Source of the DNA: Mobula hypostoma | Lineage: Eukaryota | Assembly (NCBI RefSeq): GCF_963921235.1 | Contig: NC_086100.1 | Coordinates: 149,296,001 to 149,360,000 of the forward strand | Length of the DNA: 64,000 nt | Reading direction: 5' to 3' | Shown here: positions 13,831 to 27,244 of the stretch, piece by piece | How positions within the stretch are numbered: position 1 is the first letter of the stretch | How the letters are laid out: each line of letters starts with the position of its first letter | Notes under the pieces: generated by a model | What the model was told of the DNA's origin: nothing | Seen by the model: the letters and a program-made list of their open reading frames with translations, nothing else | The model's database searches: none | Translations under genes and position numbers: made by a program

Positions 13831-14451
13831 TAACTTAAATGGATTTTCTTTAAACACAGAGTTAAATATCCTATTAATACTTGGCAATGTAGTCAGTTTG
13901 GCAGTATTCATAGTAATAGATTTAAGTTGTAAAAAAAGCCTTAACCATACATTCAGTACTTTGTACCTTGCCTGCTTTACAGGCTGGCAGGAATTAACTG
14001 GCAAATCAAATAAAGTCAACACCATTCAGTGTGAGTGTGTGTGTATACACACACACGGTTCTTTATTGCACACTGTGGTGACATCATTTGTACTAATGCT
14101 CATTTTCCTGCTTGTAATGCTCTGTTTTTGGTTCATGAGGACAAAACAGATACTTTCCCTGCAGGGAGAGAAGTTTAGAACAAAGCCCATTCTAATCGAC
14201 ATTCCTGTTTTATCAATAAAATGGTACTCAAAGGATTTAAAACCCAGAGAAGTGATGCCCCTCAGCCTTTCCCTCCTTTAATAATTCATAAAACAATGAT
14301 GTTGAATAATGCCATTCAGAAAAGCAGCATAAGTATACTCAAACCTAATTATTTATAGCAGACTTGTTTTTACAAGAGAAAATCACATTATTTTAAAGCT
14401 TGGGTTAAAGTACCTAACATAAACTGGTATTTTGAAAGATGGCAGCCTAGA

Positions 14452-14575
14452 TTAGCTCTGAAGAAGGGCCTTGGCCTGAAATGGCAACTGTTTACTCATT
14501 TCCACAGATGCTGCTTGACCTGCTGAGTTCCTTCAGCATTTTGTGTCTGTTGCTTTTGATTTCCTTGTGTTTAGA
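14452..14575 (+). repeat. Penelope terminal-repeat fragment with degenerate minimal hammerhead
   Basis: CTGAAGA-agggccttggcct-GAAA at 14458-14481, followed by agatgctgcttgacctgctgagttccttcagc. Confidence 0.65.
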
Positions 14576-16602
14576 TTAAGATAGTGCTAGGTAAAGTACA
14601 GGTAAAATCAAACTGTATACGTTCCAGTAAATATGTTGTTTTACACTTTCTTAGTAAGCTTTTGATATTCATGCAGTTGGAAATTGGATTACATTTTATT
14701 TTATCATTAGTGTATTTCACAACACCATTATTTCACAGAGTATTTTACAATTATTTTACTTCTGCCTGCACCTTCAGTTTCAGATCTAGTAATTTGTCAA
14801 TTTTGGATTTTGCTTCTTCCCTGAGCTAGTGATTTTCTTCTCATTGTCATTATATAGTGCAATGCAGATCAAGGACCAAATTTCTTTTTGAATTCAAGCT
14901 GCAAAAATAATCCAGAAATGGGTAATAACAAACTTGAAAACCAGAATTTTGCAGATAAAAAAAAGTATGTCTTTTTCTTGCAAAATAAAATGAGAATGAC
15001 AAACTAGTGGTAACTTCACTCATCATTGTGAGAATGTTAAAAGTATGTTGAGTTATAATTTTTCAGCTTAATATGGTTGGTATTCATTGAACCTTTTGAG
15101 CATAACTAAGGACTGATAGGTTACTTGTATTGCTGTTGAAGGGTAAAACAAGAGTTTTTGCAGAGTTTGCAGATAATATTATGTGAGTCTTAGAAATTTT
15201 GGAGAACTAAGAGTTAATAAGATGAAGTTTGATGACATAGCCTCAGAATAGAAGGACATCCCATTAGAACAGGGATGACATGGAATCTCTTTAGCCAGAA
15301 AGTGGTGAATCCTCTGTAGAATTTATAGCCACAGATGGCAGTTGAGGCCAAGTCATTGGGTATATTTAAAGCAAAGTTTCAGTGTTTCTTGATTAGTAAG
15401 GAGGGCAAAAGTTACAGGGAAAATAAATCAGCCATAAGCAAATGATAGGAGTCTTGCTGGGCCAATTGGCCTAATTCTACTGCTACAGCTTAAGGTCTTA
15501 TGGCCAAGGATGTCTCAATAAACATTTCAGACTTGTAGATATTATGAGAGTTCCATGAGCAGTCATGGGATATACTGAGAAATGAATGGTTTGGTTGTAT
15601 TAATTTTAAAGAGATGAATAATTTGTGAATTAAGTTTATTGACCTTAGCATCTCTGACGATTGACCAATGGCTGTTGTCTTACTGAGAGTGAAAATATGA
15701 AAAAATATTGAGTGGGTTAAAATGTGAAATATGGAAATACACATAACCAGGTTGAAATAAAGAACAATCTACATAACAAAAATAAAACCATAATTGTCAC
15801 AGTTGACATTCACATTCTAACTGGAACACAAAATACCACTTTAACATATCTTACTGATTTGTTATTTTAAACACTGCTTTTGTATACTTCACTGTTAGAT
15901 CATTGAAAAAAATTAGTCCAATTGTAGTTACTGTTGGAAATTTCAAATGGGATTTTACATTGAGAATAATCTATAGTTAGGAATATCTTACAGTAATGAC
16001 CCTGAATATTACCTGGATCAGACCATATGTTTTAACAAAGACTTAACAGAACAAAGGGAATATTCTGATAGACCCTCTCAAAAAGAGGGATTCGCTTTTT
16101 GTCCTAAACATTGGCTTACGACTAACATTTACACTTGTAAGTAATAAAAGTAAACATCAGTGGTTTATTTTCCTTTGTACACAGTAAACCACATGCTGCA
16201 TGAAAAACAGAGCCACCTCCTCACAGGTACAGTGACCAAGGTACTGTTTGTGTGAAGTTGGCATGTTTCCCCTGTGACTTTGCGTTTCCTTTGTGTGCAC
16301 TAGTTTCATTTTTCTAAAGACATACAGCTTGGTAGATTATTTGGTTCCTAGAGTTTACGTAAGTGTAGTGGCAGAATCTGAAGGGGTGGGACTGTGGGGA
16401 AAATATTGCAGGACTAGTGTAGATGAGTGCTTGATGGACTTCAAAGTTTCTATGTTGTGTAAAATCTATGACTAAATGTATGTCCAGAAAGAGAACAAAA
16501 TGTGCTTTTGTGAAATTTGCAGTTGACATGTGGAACACAATCCAAAACTGATTTAATCCTCTGAGTTTTTATTTGCTTGAGAAAATGATCCTGATTCCAT
16601 AC

Positions 16603-16693
16603 CCGAAAGGAACTTATTCTCCAGTATCTTCCATTCTGCTTGTGAAATCCTTGTTAAACCTGCAAGCTCTGATATGAATGTTTCCTCTGCCAT
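16603..16693 (-). CDS. EVC: EVC exon (equivalent to human exon 19)
   Basis: cttag|...|gtatgg, 91 nt. MAEETFISELAGLTRISQAEWKILENKFLS matches human EAEQNFISELAALAR. Confidence 0.88.
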
Positions 16694-17661
16694 CTAAGTA
16701 GTAATGTTAAAAAGAAAACAACATTACTGGAGAATTACAATATCATTATTTTCTACTGGAAGCAGTCAGAATCTGACATTAGTCAAACACAAAGTGAACA
16801 CGATAGCAGCAGCTGCTTTGAGGTTTATGCAAAAGAATATTTTTGAGAGCATTATTCCTCATAATCCTAATACAATCAATCCAGCATTCATTGATGCTGT
16901 CACAAAATACTAGAATAACGAGTTATTGCTAATTAAAAAAAAACTTGCTTTACATATTAAAGGTTCTATTAAAATAATACAAGACAAGATGCTTCAGAAG
17001 ATTGCTATCAAACATTTTGACATCAAGGCAGATGGTAAAAGAATTAGACAACAAAACTTCAGAAGGAAAGCATGAAAGTATAAGGAGAGAGATCCAAAGC
17101 CCAGGGTCCCCAGATGAAAGTACAGGCACTTCTTTTGTGGAATTTATAATTGCGCAGCGTTCAAGGCAAGAATTTGAGGAGCACAAGTATAGTGGAGGAC
17201 AAGCCGTTGCATGGGTAAGTGCCACATATCCAGAATGGTGGCCAGACTTGGAGGAGCAAACTACGGAGTTGCAAAAAGAATGGACCTTTTAAAATACTGA
17301 AATTAGAGTATCTGGCGACGGAATCCTACTGAAGGTAAGAAAATTGAGCAGAATGATCCACTGGATATGAAAATTGATGCTGTGGAAAGTTGGGAAAAGG
17401 TGAACCCCAGCTAATCTCAGAGGAGAGGAAGTGAGAGCAGGAGTACAGGAACTGGAGCAAAAACAGTTGGCAACCTTACCACTACAATCAAATGTTCACA
17501 TTGTATATAAACATCTCCAGTTTTAATACTGAATGATATCTTTTAAAGTCAATAGCCCTATTACTTTAAAGTGGAAACTTTATTTCTAAGAGAGAGTTTG
17601 TGCTCAAGTTCCTTATCCAGCTATAATCACAGACTCGAGATGCAAATGACCAATAGTGTAC

Positions 17662-17788
17662 CTTCAAGTGTTTATCTAGCTGCTCCTTCAGTTGACGGAG
17701 CTGCTCCGCCCTCTGCTTTAGGAACTCCATGTTTATCCCCTCTTCAAGCAAAAGCAATGAAATAATTCTCCTCTGCTGCAGCATCATC
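17662..17788 (-). CDS. EVC: EVC exon (human exon 18 equivalent)
   Basis: gatag|...|gtacac, 127 nt. Encodes MMLQQRRIISLLLLEEGINMEFLKQRAEQLRQLKEQLDKHLK. Confidence 0.88.
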
Positions 17789-18365
17789 CTATCAGCCATG
17801 GAGACATGGGTATCTTTATATTAAAATTACATATGTTTTTCTTCCAGTTTCTGATATACAAATTGCACTGATCAATATGATACAACTTGTCTACTGAACA
17901 TACTGCTTACCCCCAAAACATGCCAAAGTACTAACAAGTATTTGTACAGTTTCTAACTGAATAAAATTTCTCAGAGATTCATGGAAGGATGCTCTTAGAA
18001 AGTTTCACGCTAAGACATATAATATGCCCTGTGGCAAGTAGCTTGTTCAAAGTGGTAGCTTTTAAGAAGCATTTAGGAGGAGGAGAGGGAGGTTAGGGAT
18101 AAAACTGTAGGAAATGACATTGTAAAAACTCCAAAACCTTAATCTGCACAATTAACAGATAAAACTTTAAACTTACTTTTTAATACTGATTTAACTTGTA
18201 TACTTGTAAGATTTTGTTCGTTTGCATGTCATCAGCAATTAATTCATTTAATGTATGAAATTAAACATAGCTGATGTTAGCTTTCAATTAGATTAGGTTC
18301 AATGTTTGTTGCTTCACTGCAGAAACTTCAAATACACATCACAGCTTTCTCTTACTCATACTCAC

Positions 18366-18477
18366 TGGTGTTGAATCTTTGTTGAAGTAAAGCGTTTTGT
18401 CTTCATATTAGCCATGCCTGCACTAAGATTTTCTTCAATCATCTTCTCCTTAATGTGCTGTTTCCTTTTAAAAGTGT
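18366..18477 (-). CDS. EVC: EVC exon (human exon 17 equivalent)
   Basis: aacag|...|gtgagt, 112 nt, phase 1 to 2. Encodes TFKRKQHIKEKMIEENLSAGMANMKTKRFTSTKIQH. Confidence 0.8.
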
Positions 18478-19822
18478 CTGTTTCCAAAAGTTTTAATTAA
18501 TGTTAATCAAAAATGTAGCAAATTCTTACAATATTTACAATTAAAATCCAAGAATTTATTCTTACTTTGTCAAAAAAGCCATTTTCTTTAGCTGAAAACT
18601 CATGGTTTGATGGACAGTAACAACATTTGCATTTTAATGAAATCTGGAATAAGGACCCAAGTGTTTATAAATCATAAAAAAAAACAGATGCTGAGCAGAC
18701 TTAAGATACTGAATCCCATCAGTGGCAATCGGCAATAAAGCCTTCAAGTCTTGTAATCACATCAGTATTTCACTGGAGGAAACGTGGTTCATTCATCCTG
18801 TGCACTCGTACAGGTAGCAGATACACACATTTCGTACAAAAAAGGAGCAGTAGATCTCTTGGCCTCTTGAGCCTGCTTTGCTAATCAATTAATCATGGCT
18901 GACCTGACTGTAAACTCAGCTGTGTATTCCTAATTATCTCATAATAACCTTTCACCCCTTATTGTCAAGTATCTTATCAATTTATGCCTTAAATATTTAA
19001 AGGTTTAGTTTATACTGCTCTATAATGGAATTCTTAAAAACTTGTGACCCTCTGAGGTAAACATCTTGCCTCATCTCTAACTGGGTTTTCACAATTTCCT
19101 TGCTATTACGCTTTTAACAGTAGTTTCTAACCTTTTACCCAAGACAGATATTAACCAAAATGCTCTGTAGATGGTGATGATATTATGGGAGAGAAAGGGT
19201 TATGTGTTGGGATGGACAAAATCTTCAGTAATAGAACTTTGATTTCTTCAGTAAATGTTTTGGAAGCAGGAACTGCTGTAGAAGATTTAGGTACAGCCAC
19301 ATAACCACCAGGTCTACATTAGAAGGTCTGTTTCAATGTTTTATATTTTTGAGTCTGTAAGTAGAGTAGCAATATATAGGGTCCACAACATTGCTGACTA
19401 TAGAAAGTTAACCAACATTTTTAGTATTAGTATTTGGGTTAAACGAAATACAAACATTTTGATATTATTCTAATTCAAAGTTGAACTTAAATCAGATAGT
19501 ACACCTTAAAGGGTATCTGAGATACCCAGATAATGCCCATTTACTCGAATGAACATACGAGGCTGGAACTATAATGAATAAAAAATCATTAACTAATTAG
19601 AAATATTGCTGGGTTTGCTTTCTTAACGTTGATGTGTATGATGAAGTTTAATTTACATTGACTCACAGCATGTCAATATGCCCTGTCCATTAAGGTAAGG
19701 TTTTCCTGGGAATGCTTAACCACGATGTTACAGTATCTGTGACCAACCTCCAAGTCAGAACAATGAAATTTAAAGGAAAATGTACAGGTTTTGTTTGATT
19801 TAAGCAATTAAATTAGAGACAC

Positions 19823-19967
19823 CTTGCAGGGACCTCAGCTGATTTCTTCTGTCTTTTCTGTACTGCTCCATGGTTTCTTCCATCTGTTGGAAGTACTTCT
19901 GGATAAGACAATTTGCACCTTCCATGGTCACATAGACACTCTCCATCGTTCTCTCTACTAAAAGATT
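19823..19967 (-). CDS. EVC: EVC exon (human exon 16 equivalent)
   Basis: tttag|...|gtgtct, 145 nt. NLLVERTMESVYVTMEGANCLIQKYFQQM...LRSLQ; ESVYVT is conserved. Confidence 0.9.
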
Positions 19968-20149
19968 CTAAAATACAATTGGACAGATAATTAATTCTTT
20001 TCTAGTTCTGTGAATAAACAAACCTGCCAAAAGACAGAGTTTAGGAAGAAGATTTGACTTGTTAGTTACTGCTTTGAGACACTTTTAACACACTTTGATA
20101 CTTGGTGCTGAGATTTAATATATTTTATGGTAAATAAAGTAAAAAAAGG

Positions 20150-21590
20150 AAAACCAATTAAGTATATTTATGTGTCTATTAAATAGTTAAAATAAGTAGT
20201 GCAAAAAAAACAGAAATAAAAGTAGTGCAGTCGTGTTCAAAGGTTCAATGTCCATTTAGAAATCAGATGGCAGAGGGGAAGGAGTTGTTCCTGAATCACT
20301 GAGTACGTGCCTTCAGGCTTCTGTAACTTCTTGATGATAACAGTGAGAAGAGGGCATGTCCTGGGTGGTGGGGATCCTTAACGATGGATGCCATCTTCCT
20401 AAGACACTGCTCCTTGAAGACATCTTGGATGCTATGGAGGCTAGTAATGATGGAGCCGACTAATTTTACAAGTTTCTGCAACGTATTTTAATCTTGTGCA
20501 GAAACCACTCCCCCCCCACCCCCCGCCATACCAGACAGTGATGCAGCCAGTCAAAATATTCTCCATGGTATACAGCTGTAGAAGTTTGAGTGTGCCACTC
20601 TTTTGCCATCTCTATAGCTGCATCAATATGCTGTGGCCTGGTTAGGTCCTCAGAGATTTTGACACCCAGGAACTTGAAATTCCTCCTATGAGGATCCCCC
20701 TATGAGGATTGGTTTGTGATCCCCCTATGAGGATTGGTTTGTGTTCCCCCTATGAGGATTGGTTTGTGTTCCCTCATCTTGCTCTGCCTGAAGTCCACAA
20801 TCAATTCCTTGATCTTTGATCTTTGTTGTACCACCCACTAATTGGTATATCTCGCTCCTATCAGCGAGGTGTAGATGTTACTTGCAATCCGCAGATTGTG
20901 GTCTTCCTGTTAGGAAATAGAGGATCCAATTGCAGAATGATTGTACAGAGGCCCAGATTCTGTAGCTTATCGATCAGGACTGTAGGAATGATGGTGTTAA
21001 ATACTGAGCTATAGTCAATAAATAGCATCCTGACATAGATACTTACATTGCCCAGGTGATCCAAGGCTATGTGGAGAGCCATTGAGATCATGTCTTCTTT
21101 TCCTATTGTGGCGATAGGCAAATTACAGTGGGCTTAGGTCCTTCCTAAGACAGCTATTGATTCTAGCCATGACCAACCTCTCAAAAATTTCATCACCATA
21201 GACGTGAGTCCTACTGGACAACAGCCGTTGAGGCAGCTCATCCTGCTCTTCTTGGGCACTAATTTAATTGCCCTTTGGAAGCAGGTGGGAGCATCCGACT
21301 GTAGCAATGAGAGATTGAAAATGTCTTTGAATCCCCCTGCCAGTTGTTTGGCACAGATTCTCAGAGCCTTACCAGGTACTCATCAGGCCCTGCTGCCTTG
21401 CCAGGGTTCACCCTCTTGAAAGACAGGCTGACGTCAGCCTCTGCGACATAGATCACGGGGTCACTGGATGCAGCTGGGATCCTCATAGCTATAGTTTTAT
21501 TCTCCCTTTCAAAGTGTGCATAAGTTGAGCTCATCTAGTAGCGAAGCATCACTGCCATTCATGATGTTGGGTTTTCCTTTGTAGGAAGCA
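20150..21590 (-). mobile_element. Rex1/Babar-type LINE, decayed, with an internal tandem repeat
   Basis: [18 protein letters not shown] and IVKDPHHPGHALFSLL motifs; cctatgaggat repeated at about 20685-20760. Confidence 0.8.
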
Positions 21591-22409
21591 AAATCCGACA
21601 AGACCTAATGAACTGAGTACCTGAATTCACTGGTATTAAAAGCTCCATACCAAGGAAATTCAACACAGTGATTATGATTCAATTCCAGGTCCCTACAGAA
21701 ACATCCATTCAGTTTCATTTCCCTGCTCTATCCCTATCTCACTGCAAATTATTTCTTGAAAGTCTCCACTCAATTTCCTTTTAAAGATGTCTTTGTTTTC
21801 ATCATTCCCAAACAGAGAATTGCAGATTGCTAGCACTCGCTGCATAAAAGCACTCTTCCTCCATCCCTGCTAGGTGAATCATATTTCTTTGTACCAACAG
21901 AGATCACAGATATTCAACTGTCTTAAAACTGCCTTGACCAAGCCAAATTCATAATATGGATTTTACACCAAACTACATGGGGATAAGTTTAACTTTTTGC
22001 AATCATGTAAGATGGTTGATATTGAATTGGCTGCTTTTGCTCAATTGTCCAAATGCCTGGAATATAAGCCATCAATGTTATCCTATTGGTAAAAAAGCAA
22101 GAATGATCTTCAATGTCTTTGGCAGAAGAGCAGCCTCTGGTGTTCTGGTAGCAGATGTTTAAAACCAAGGTAACATGTTAACATGTACATTTGTCCCAGC
22201 TCCATAAACTCATCTTTCCATTCAACACCAAGATCCTATGAAAGACTTATATTAAACCTCAGTTAACACTTAAATAATACTACCTCTAACAAAGATTCCA
22301 GGGCATAATATGGAAAATGAACACAATACAAATATCAATGTACTGGCTACAACCAAGTATAAAATAATGTTTGGTTTAGACACTGATGATAGCTTCAGGG
22401 GAGTATTAC

Positions 22410-22610
22410 CTTGAGTTGATGTGTGCTATCTATATGGTTCTGCTTGGCAGAGTTGGTTCTGGCTTGGTGGACGAGAGCACAGCCAATCACCTGAACCATG
22501 TGATGCTGCAAAAGATCCAGCAGTGCCCTGGACTCTACAGTGAGCTGCTGGTGAAGCAGCAATTCAGTCTCTTGGCAAAACTTCTCTTTTTCTTTTGACA
22601 ATCTGGACAC
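22410..22610 (-). CDS. EVC: EVC exon (human exon 15 equivalent)
   Basis: gaaag|...|gtaata, 201 nt. VSRLSKEKEKFCQE...LLQHHMVQVIGCALVHQAR...HQLK matches human LLQQHMECAIGQALLVHAR. Confidence 0.9.
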
Positions 22611-23718
22611 CTTTCAGAAAATAAACAGAATGCAGAACACGTCAGGTGCAATTATCTAACAGCTAAAAGTGATACCATCTTGGGTTCACACTCAACAAGG
22701 ATCAAATTTATTCACCAGATACATTAATGTGTCTTTGAACTTGCTGTAGTGTATCGGTGCAACATGCAACAAAAACATTCAACAATTATAAGGAATAAAG
22801 AATTACATACAAAGTAAAATTAAAGGTTAAAGTGTGAATGTGGAATGAAGTGCACATAAACGCTACCATGTACTTAAAATGTAAACAATATTATAACAAG
22901 TTGTTTAAAGCATTTACAATGCACTGATGGAGGTAACAGATAGTTGGCGGGAGTAACTAGAATGGTCAATCAAATTTAACTACCTGGGATAAGCAACTAT
23001 TAAGATGGCAGGAAGTTCTTGTGTAAATGGCCTTAAAAGTGCTTTCCAGAAGGGAGCTTTCGGAAAAGACAGATTGTGGGCTGGCTATTGTCTGCAATGA
23101 TTTGTCCTGGACATGTATAACTTCGAGAGTGAAGATACACTGCACCCAATGACCTTTTCTGTTGACCTATCAGTTTACTGTACTTTTCATATATTCTGAG
23201 AGCGTGCTGCGCCAAACCAGAACAGCCTTATGTCAACTTGTGGACAAATGAAGTTTATGATATAGAAGGTTGGTGAGCCATGATGGACCTTGGATCAATC
23301 CCACCTCCCAGCTCTTGGTCCTGCAGGTTATGGCTCTTCAAGTGACCATTCAGCAACTTTCTCCACCTCCTTTTGAAGTTGTGAGCTCTATCTCTAATAA
23401 GTTTATGTCCTCTTATGACTGATCCTTCTAAGGGAAATGGATCATAACTGTTTAATCTGTCAAGGCTTCTCAAAATTACTGTATATATATATTCTTAATT
23501 TTATCCCCCTCAGTCTCCCTTTCTCCAAACAAAACACCAGCTAGCCGCTCCTCAAATCAATAATTTTCTAGGCCAGGAATTACTCTAATTATGCACTGAC
23601 AATAAAATCCTTTTTTAAAAAAAAGCTAATCTAAATATTACACAAATGAGACAGAAATATTTGAAGTGCAGCAGAAAATCTGAGTTATTTATTGGAAGTA
23701 GGTTTGGTGAACAGATAC

Positions 23719-23929
23719 CAGATTTTCCCTTCGTTTCTTGCTTTCGTCTTCATGCTCATCCCAAATCGGAAGTTCTTTTAATCGCTGTTCTCCTAGTTCA
23801 TCCATCTGACATTTTGTCTTGTAAAGCTTCATTTCCTTGAGTGTCATTAGACCAAGATGTCTCAGAGTTAACCATCTAACCACAGACTGTAAAGCTGTCT
23901 TATGTTCCAGCACAATGTGCTTAGAAATC
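23719..23929 (-). CDS. EVC: EVC exon (human exon 14 equivalent)
   Basis: ctcag|...|gtatct, 211 nt. Encodes ISKHIVLEHKTALQSVVRWLTLRHLGLMTLKEMKL...RRENL. Confidence 0.9.
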
Positions 23930-24307
23930 CTGAGAGATTGAACATGAAAAGCAGTTACATCTATGTAGCTTATTCAAGCAAATGTTAGATCTTAAATGTT
24001 ACCATTCTTATGACTTGAAGGAACTACGGCAGCTGGAAGTTAGAATAGGATCAGCAGATGTGAGGAAATATTTAAGAGTTTGTTTTATGAAGGGAATTGC
24101 GAGTTCAAAATCACTCATAAGAAAAATAGAGGCAGCTTGGCTCAAAATTAAAAGAAGTCAAACTCCCCTCCTTGACTTGAGATTCCAACCTAAGACAATA
24201 CCTTTGGCAGTATACAATAGTGGCAGATGTATCATCTTTCAGATTTATTGTTAAATTGAGGTCTATTTGGGAGAATGAAATAATCTTATGATCCCACTGG
24301 AATCTCC

Positions 24308-24536
24308 TTAGGAAGGCAGCATTCATCATTAAGGCTTCCCAGCACCCAGGACATACATGCCCTCTTCACACTATTACCATCGGGAAGGAGGTACAGAAAC
24401 CTGAAGGCATAGAGTTAGTGATTCAGGAACAGCTTCTTCCCCTCTGCTGTCCAATTTCTAAATGGGCATTGAACCCATGAACACCATCTCACTACTTCTT
24501 TTAAAATTTCTGTTCTTTTGTACTACTTATTTTAAC

Positions 24537-24583
<47 letters not shown>

Positions 24584-24680
24584 TACTTAACTATATTTAT
24601 CATGTATTTCATTGTACTGCTGCCGTAAAATTAACAAATTTCATGACATATGCCAATGATATTAAACCTAATTCTGATTG
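24308..24680 (+). mobile_element. Rex1/L2-type LINE 3' end containing a (TA)n(CA)n microsatellite
   Basis: catcattaagg..cacccaggacat..ccatcgggaaggaggtacag; tail aaacctaattctgatt; microsatellite at about 24542-24582. Confidence 0.7.
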
Positions 24681-25458
24681 CAAGTTAAGAAATTCTGTCA
24701 TGGCTTCGTCAACATTTTCCTCTCTCAAGGTAACAAAGGTAAGATTCAATCTGTTGAAGCAAAGGGACAGATTGAGGGCATCATCAATAGCATGCATAAA
24801 CATTCTCATTCTTTAAGCTTCATGGAATATATAGTCAAAGGAGTCTGACAAAAAGTAGTATCAGTGGGTTAGGACTAAAAGAAAAACATAAGAAATAAGT
24901 AATAACTGTAATAGGCAAAGGTCCCACTGGAGGTCAATAACAGTATTGTTAGACAAACTTGCAATGGACTCAACACATTGCCTGTAAAGGCAACTCTCAC
25001 CAATAGTGTGCAGTGGCCCCTTACAGTGCAACTTAACTCTTAACGACCCAAGGCAGTATGCATGATAGATAAGGCTTTCAACTTTTCTTGTTCTACCACA
25101 CACACAAAAGTCAGTTCAATTGCACAAGGCCTCTCCTCATCTAGCTTTGCATTTTTGAAGTAAACAGGGAAATTTCGGTGGATTACAGATCATAAGGACC
25201 AATGGGAATGGAATACAGAAGATCAAGCTTGGAGTTGGCAGCAACAAGAGGAATTGGAGTTGGGTCTCACGTATCAAGTAGACAGATAGCAGACCCATGG
25301 ACAGATGCCCAAGGTCCTAACTCTGGAAATGAGAGATGGCAATGAAGGCTAAATTGCTTAAAGAGGAAAAACCTACAAGACAATACTTGCACTAGACACT
25401 GCAGCAGAATAGCGGGCAAAGTCCTCACACTTATAGCGAAGGACACAGATTTGATATA

Positions 25459-26954
25459 GAACCATAGAACTATAGAAACTACAGCACAGAAACAGGCCCT
25501 TTGGCCCTTCTTGGCTGTGCCGAACCATTTTCTGCCTAGTCCCACTGACCTGCACACGGACCATATCCCTCCATACACCTCCCATCCATGTATCTGTCCA
25601 ATTTATTCTTAAATGTTAAAAAAGAACCCGCATTTACCACCTCGTCTGGCAGCTCATTCCATACTCCCACCACTCTCTGTGTGAAGAAGCCCCCCCTAAT
25701 GTTCCCTTTAAACTTTTCCCCCCTCACCCTAAACCCAAGTCCTCTGGTTTTTTTCTCCCCTTGCCTCAGTGGAAAAAGCCTGCTTGCATTCACTCTATCT
25801 ATACCCATCATAATTTTATATACCTCTATCAAATCTCCCCTCATTCTTCTACGCTCCAGGGAATAAAGTCCTAACCTATTCAACCTTTCTCTGTAACTGA
25901 GTTTCTCAAGTCCCGGCAACATCCTTGTAAACCTTTTCTGCACTCTTTCAACCTTATTTATATCCTTCCTGTAATTTAGTGACCAAAACTGAACACAATA
26001 CTCCAGATTCGGCCTCACCAATGCCTTATACAACCTCATCATAACATTCCAGCTCTTATACTCAATACTTTGATTAATAAAGGCCAATGTACCAAAAGCT
26101 CTCTTTACGACCCTATCTAGCTGTGACGACACTTTTAGGGAATTTTGTATCTGTATTCCCAGATCCCTCTGTTCCACTGCACTCCTCAGTGCCTTACCAT
26201 TAACCCTGTATGTTCTACGTTGGTTTGTCCTTCCAACGTGCAATACCTCACACTTGTCAGTATTAAACTCCATCTGCCATTTTTCAGCCCATTTTTCCAG
26301 CTGGTCCAAGTTCCTCTGCAGGCTCTGAAAACCTTCCTCACTGTCTACTACACCTCCAATCTTTGTATCATCAGCAAACTTGCTGATCCAATTTACCACA
26401 TTATCATCCAGATCATTGATATAGATGACAAATAACAATGGACCCAGCACTGATCCCTGTGGCACACCACTAGTCACAGGCCTCCACTCAGAGAAGCAAT
26501 TCTCTACCACCACTCTCTGGCTTCTTCCATCGAGCCAATGTCTAATCCAATTTACCACCTCTCCATGTATACCTAGCCACTGAATTTTCCTAACTAACCT
26601 CCCATGCGGGACCTTGTCAAAGGCCTTACTGAAGTCCATGTAGACAATATCCACTGCCTTCCCTTCATCCACTTTCCTGGTAACCTCCTCGAAAAACTCC
26701 AACAGATTGGTCAAACATGACCTACCACGCACAAAGCCATGTTGACTCTCCCTAATAAGCCCCTGTCTATCCAAATGCTTGTAGATTCTGTCTCTTAGTA
26801 CTCCCTCCAATAACTTACCTACTACTGACGTTAAACTCAGCAGCCTATAATTTCCCGGATTACTTTTCGATCCTTTTTTAAACAACAGAACAACATGAGC
26901 CACTCTCCAATCCTCCGTCACTTCACCCGTAGACAGCGATATTTTAAATATATC
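25459..26954 (-). mobile_element. Young 5'-truncated CR1 LINE with an uninterrupted RT ORF
   Basis: 461-aa ORF 25536..26921 ([22 protein letters not shown]); ctatagtt-type tail; probable TSD TGATATA at 25452-25458 and 26955-26961. Confidence 0.95.
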
Positions 26955-27134
26955 TGATATATTCAGCAGGAATCAGTGTCAATGCTAGGCTTAGAACTGC
27001 TTTCAGTGTGGCACAGCAGAAAATATTTATTAAGAAGACCAAAGTAAATCAAGAGAATAATGTAGAGAACCTATCAACAACATAACTGAATAGCATAATC
27101 TTACCATGCATATATAAACAACTGTCATACTTAC

Positions 27135-27244
27135 TTCTCATCTAGTGCAGTCTGCTTCAGTAGGAAGTTCTGAATTATCTGTTCCTGATAGTCAACCAGG
27201 TGTTTCTGTTTAGCTGAATTAAGTGCTTTCTCATTTAGCCATTC
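27135..27244 (-). CDS. EVC: EVC exon (human exon 13 equivalent)
   Basis: tgtag|...|gtaagt, 110 nt. Encodes EWLNEKALNSAKQKHLVDYQEQIIQNFLLKQTALDE. Confidence 0.9.

Larger units (their letters stand above)
11337..14220 (+). other. CRMP1: Probable CRMP1 3' UTR; end uncertain
   Basis: Follows the stop codon. Candidate AATAAA at 12347-12352, 14009-14014 and 14215-14220. Confidence 0.45.

Noticed and set aside
14458-14490. Active hammerhead ribozyme as an ncRNA feature
   Set aside because: The cleavage triplet is GGC and stem I pairing is poor; recorded only as a remnant.
17002-17292. 96-aa plus-strand ORF as a nested gene
   Set aside because: TTG start, no recognisable domain or splice structure; likely decayed repeat or chance.
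20685-20775. CRISPR-like repeat array
   Set aside because: Head-to-tail duplications of about 28 bp inside a LINE, with no unique spacers and no cas genes; eukaryotic DNA.
25536-26921. 461-aa RT ORF as a domesticated gene or retron-like system
   Set aside because: It is the 3' part of CR1 ORF2 with tail and TSD; intact because it is young.
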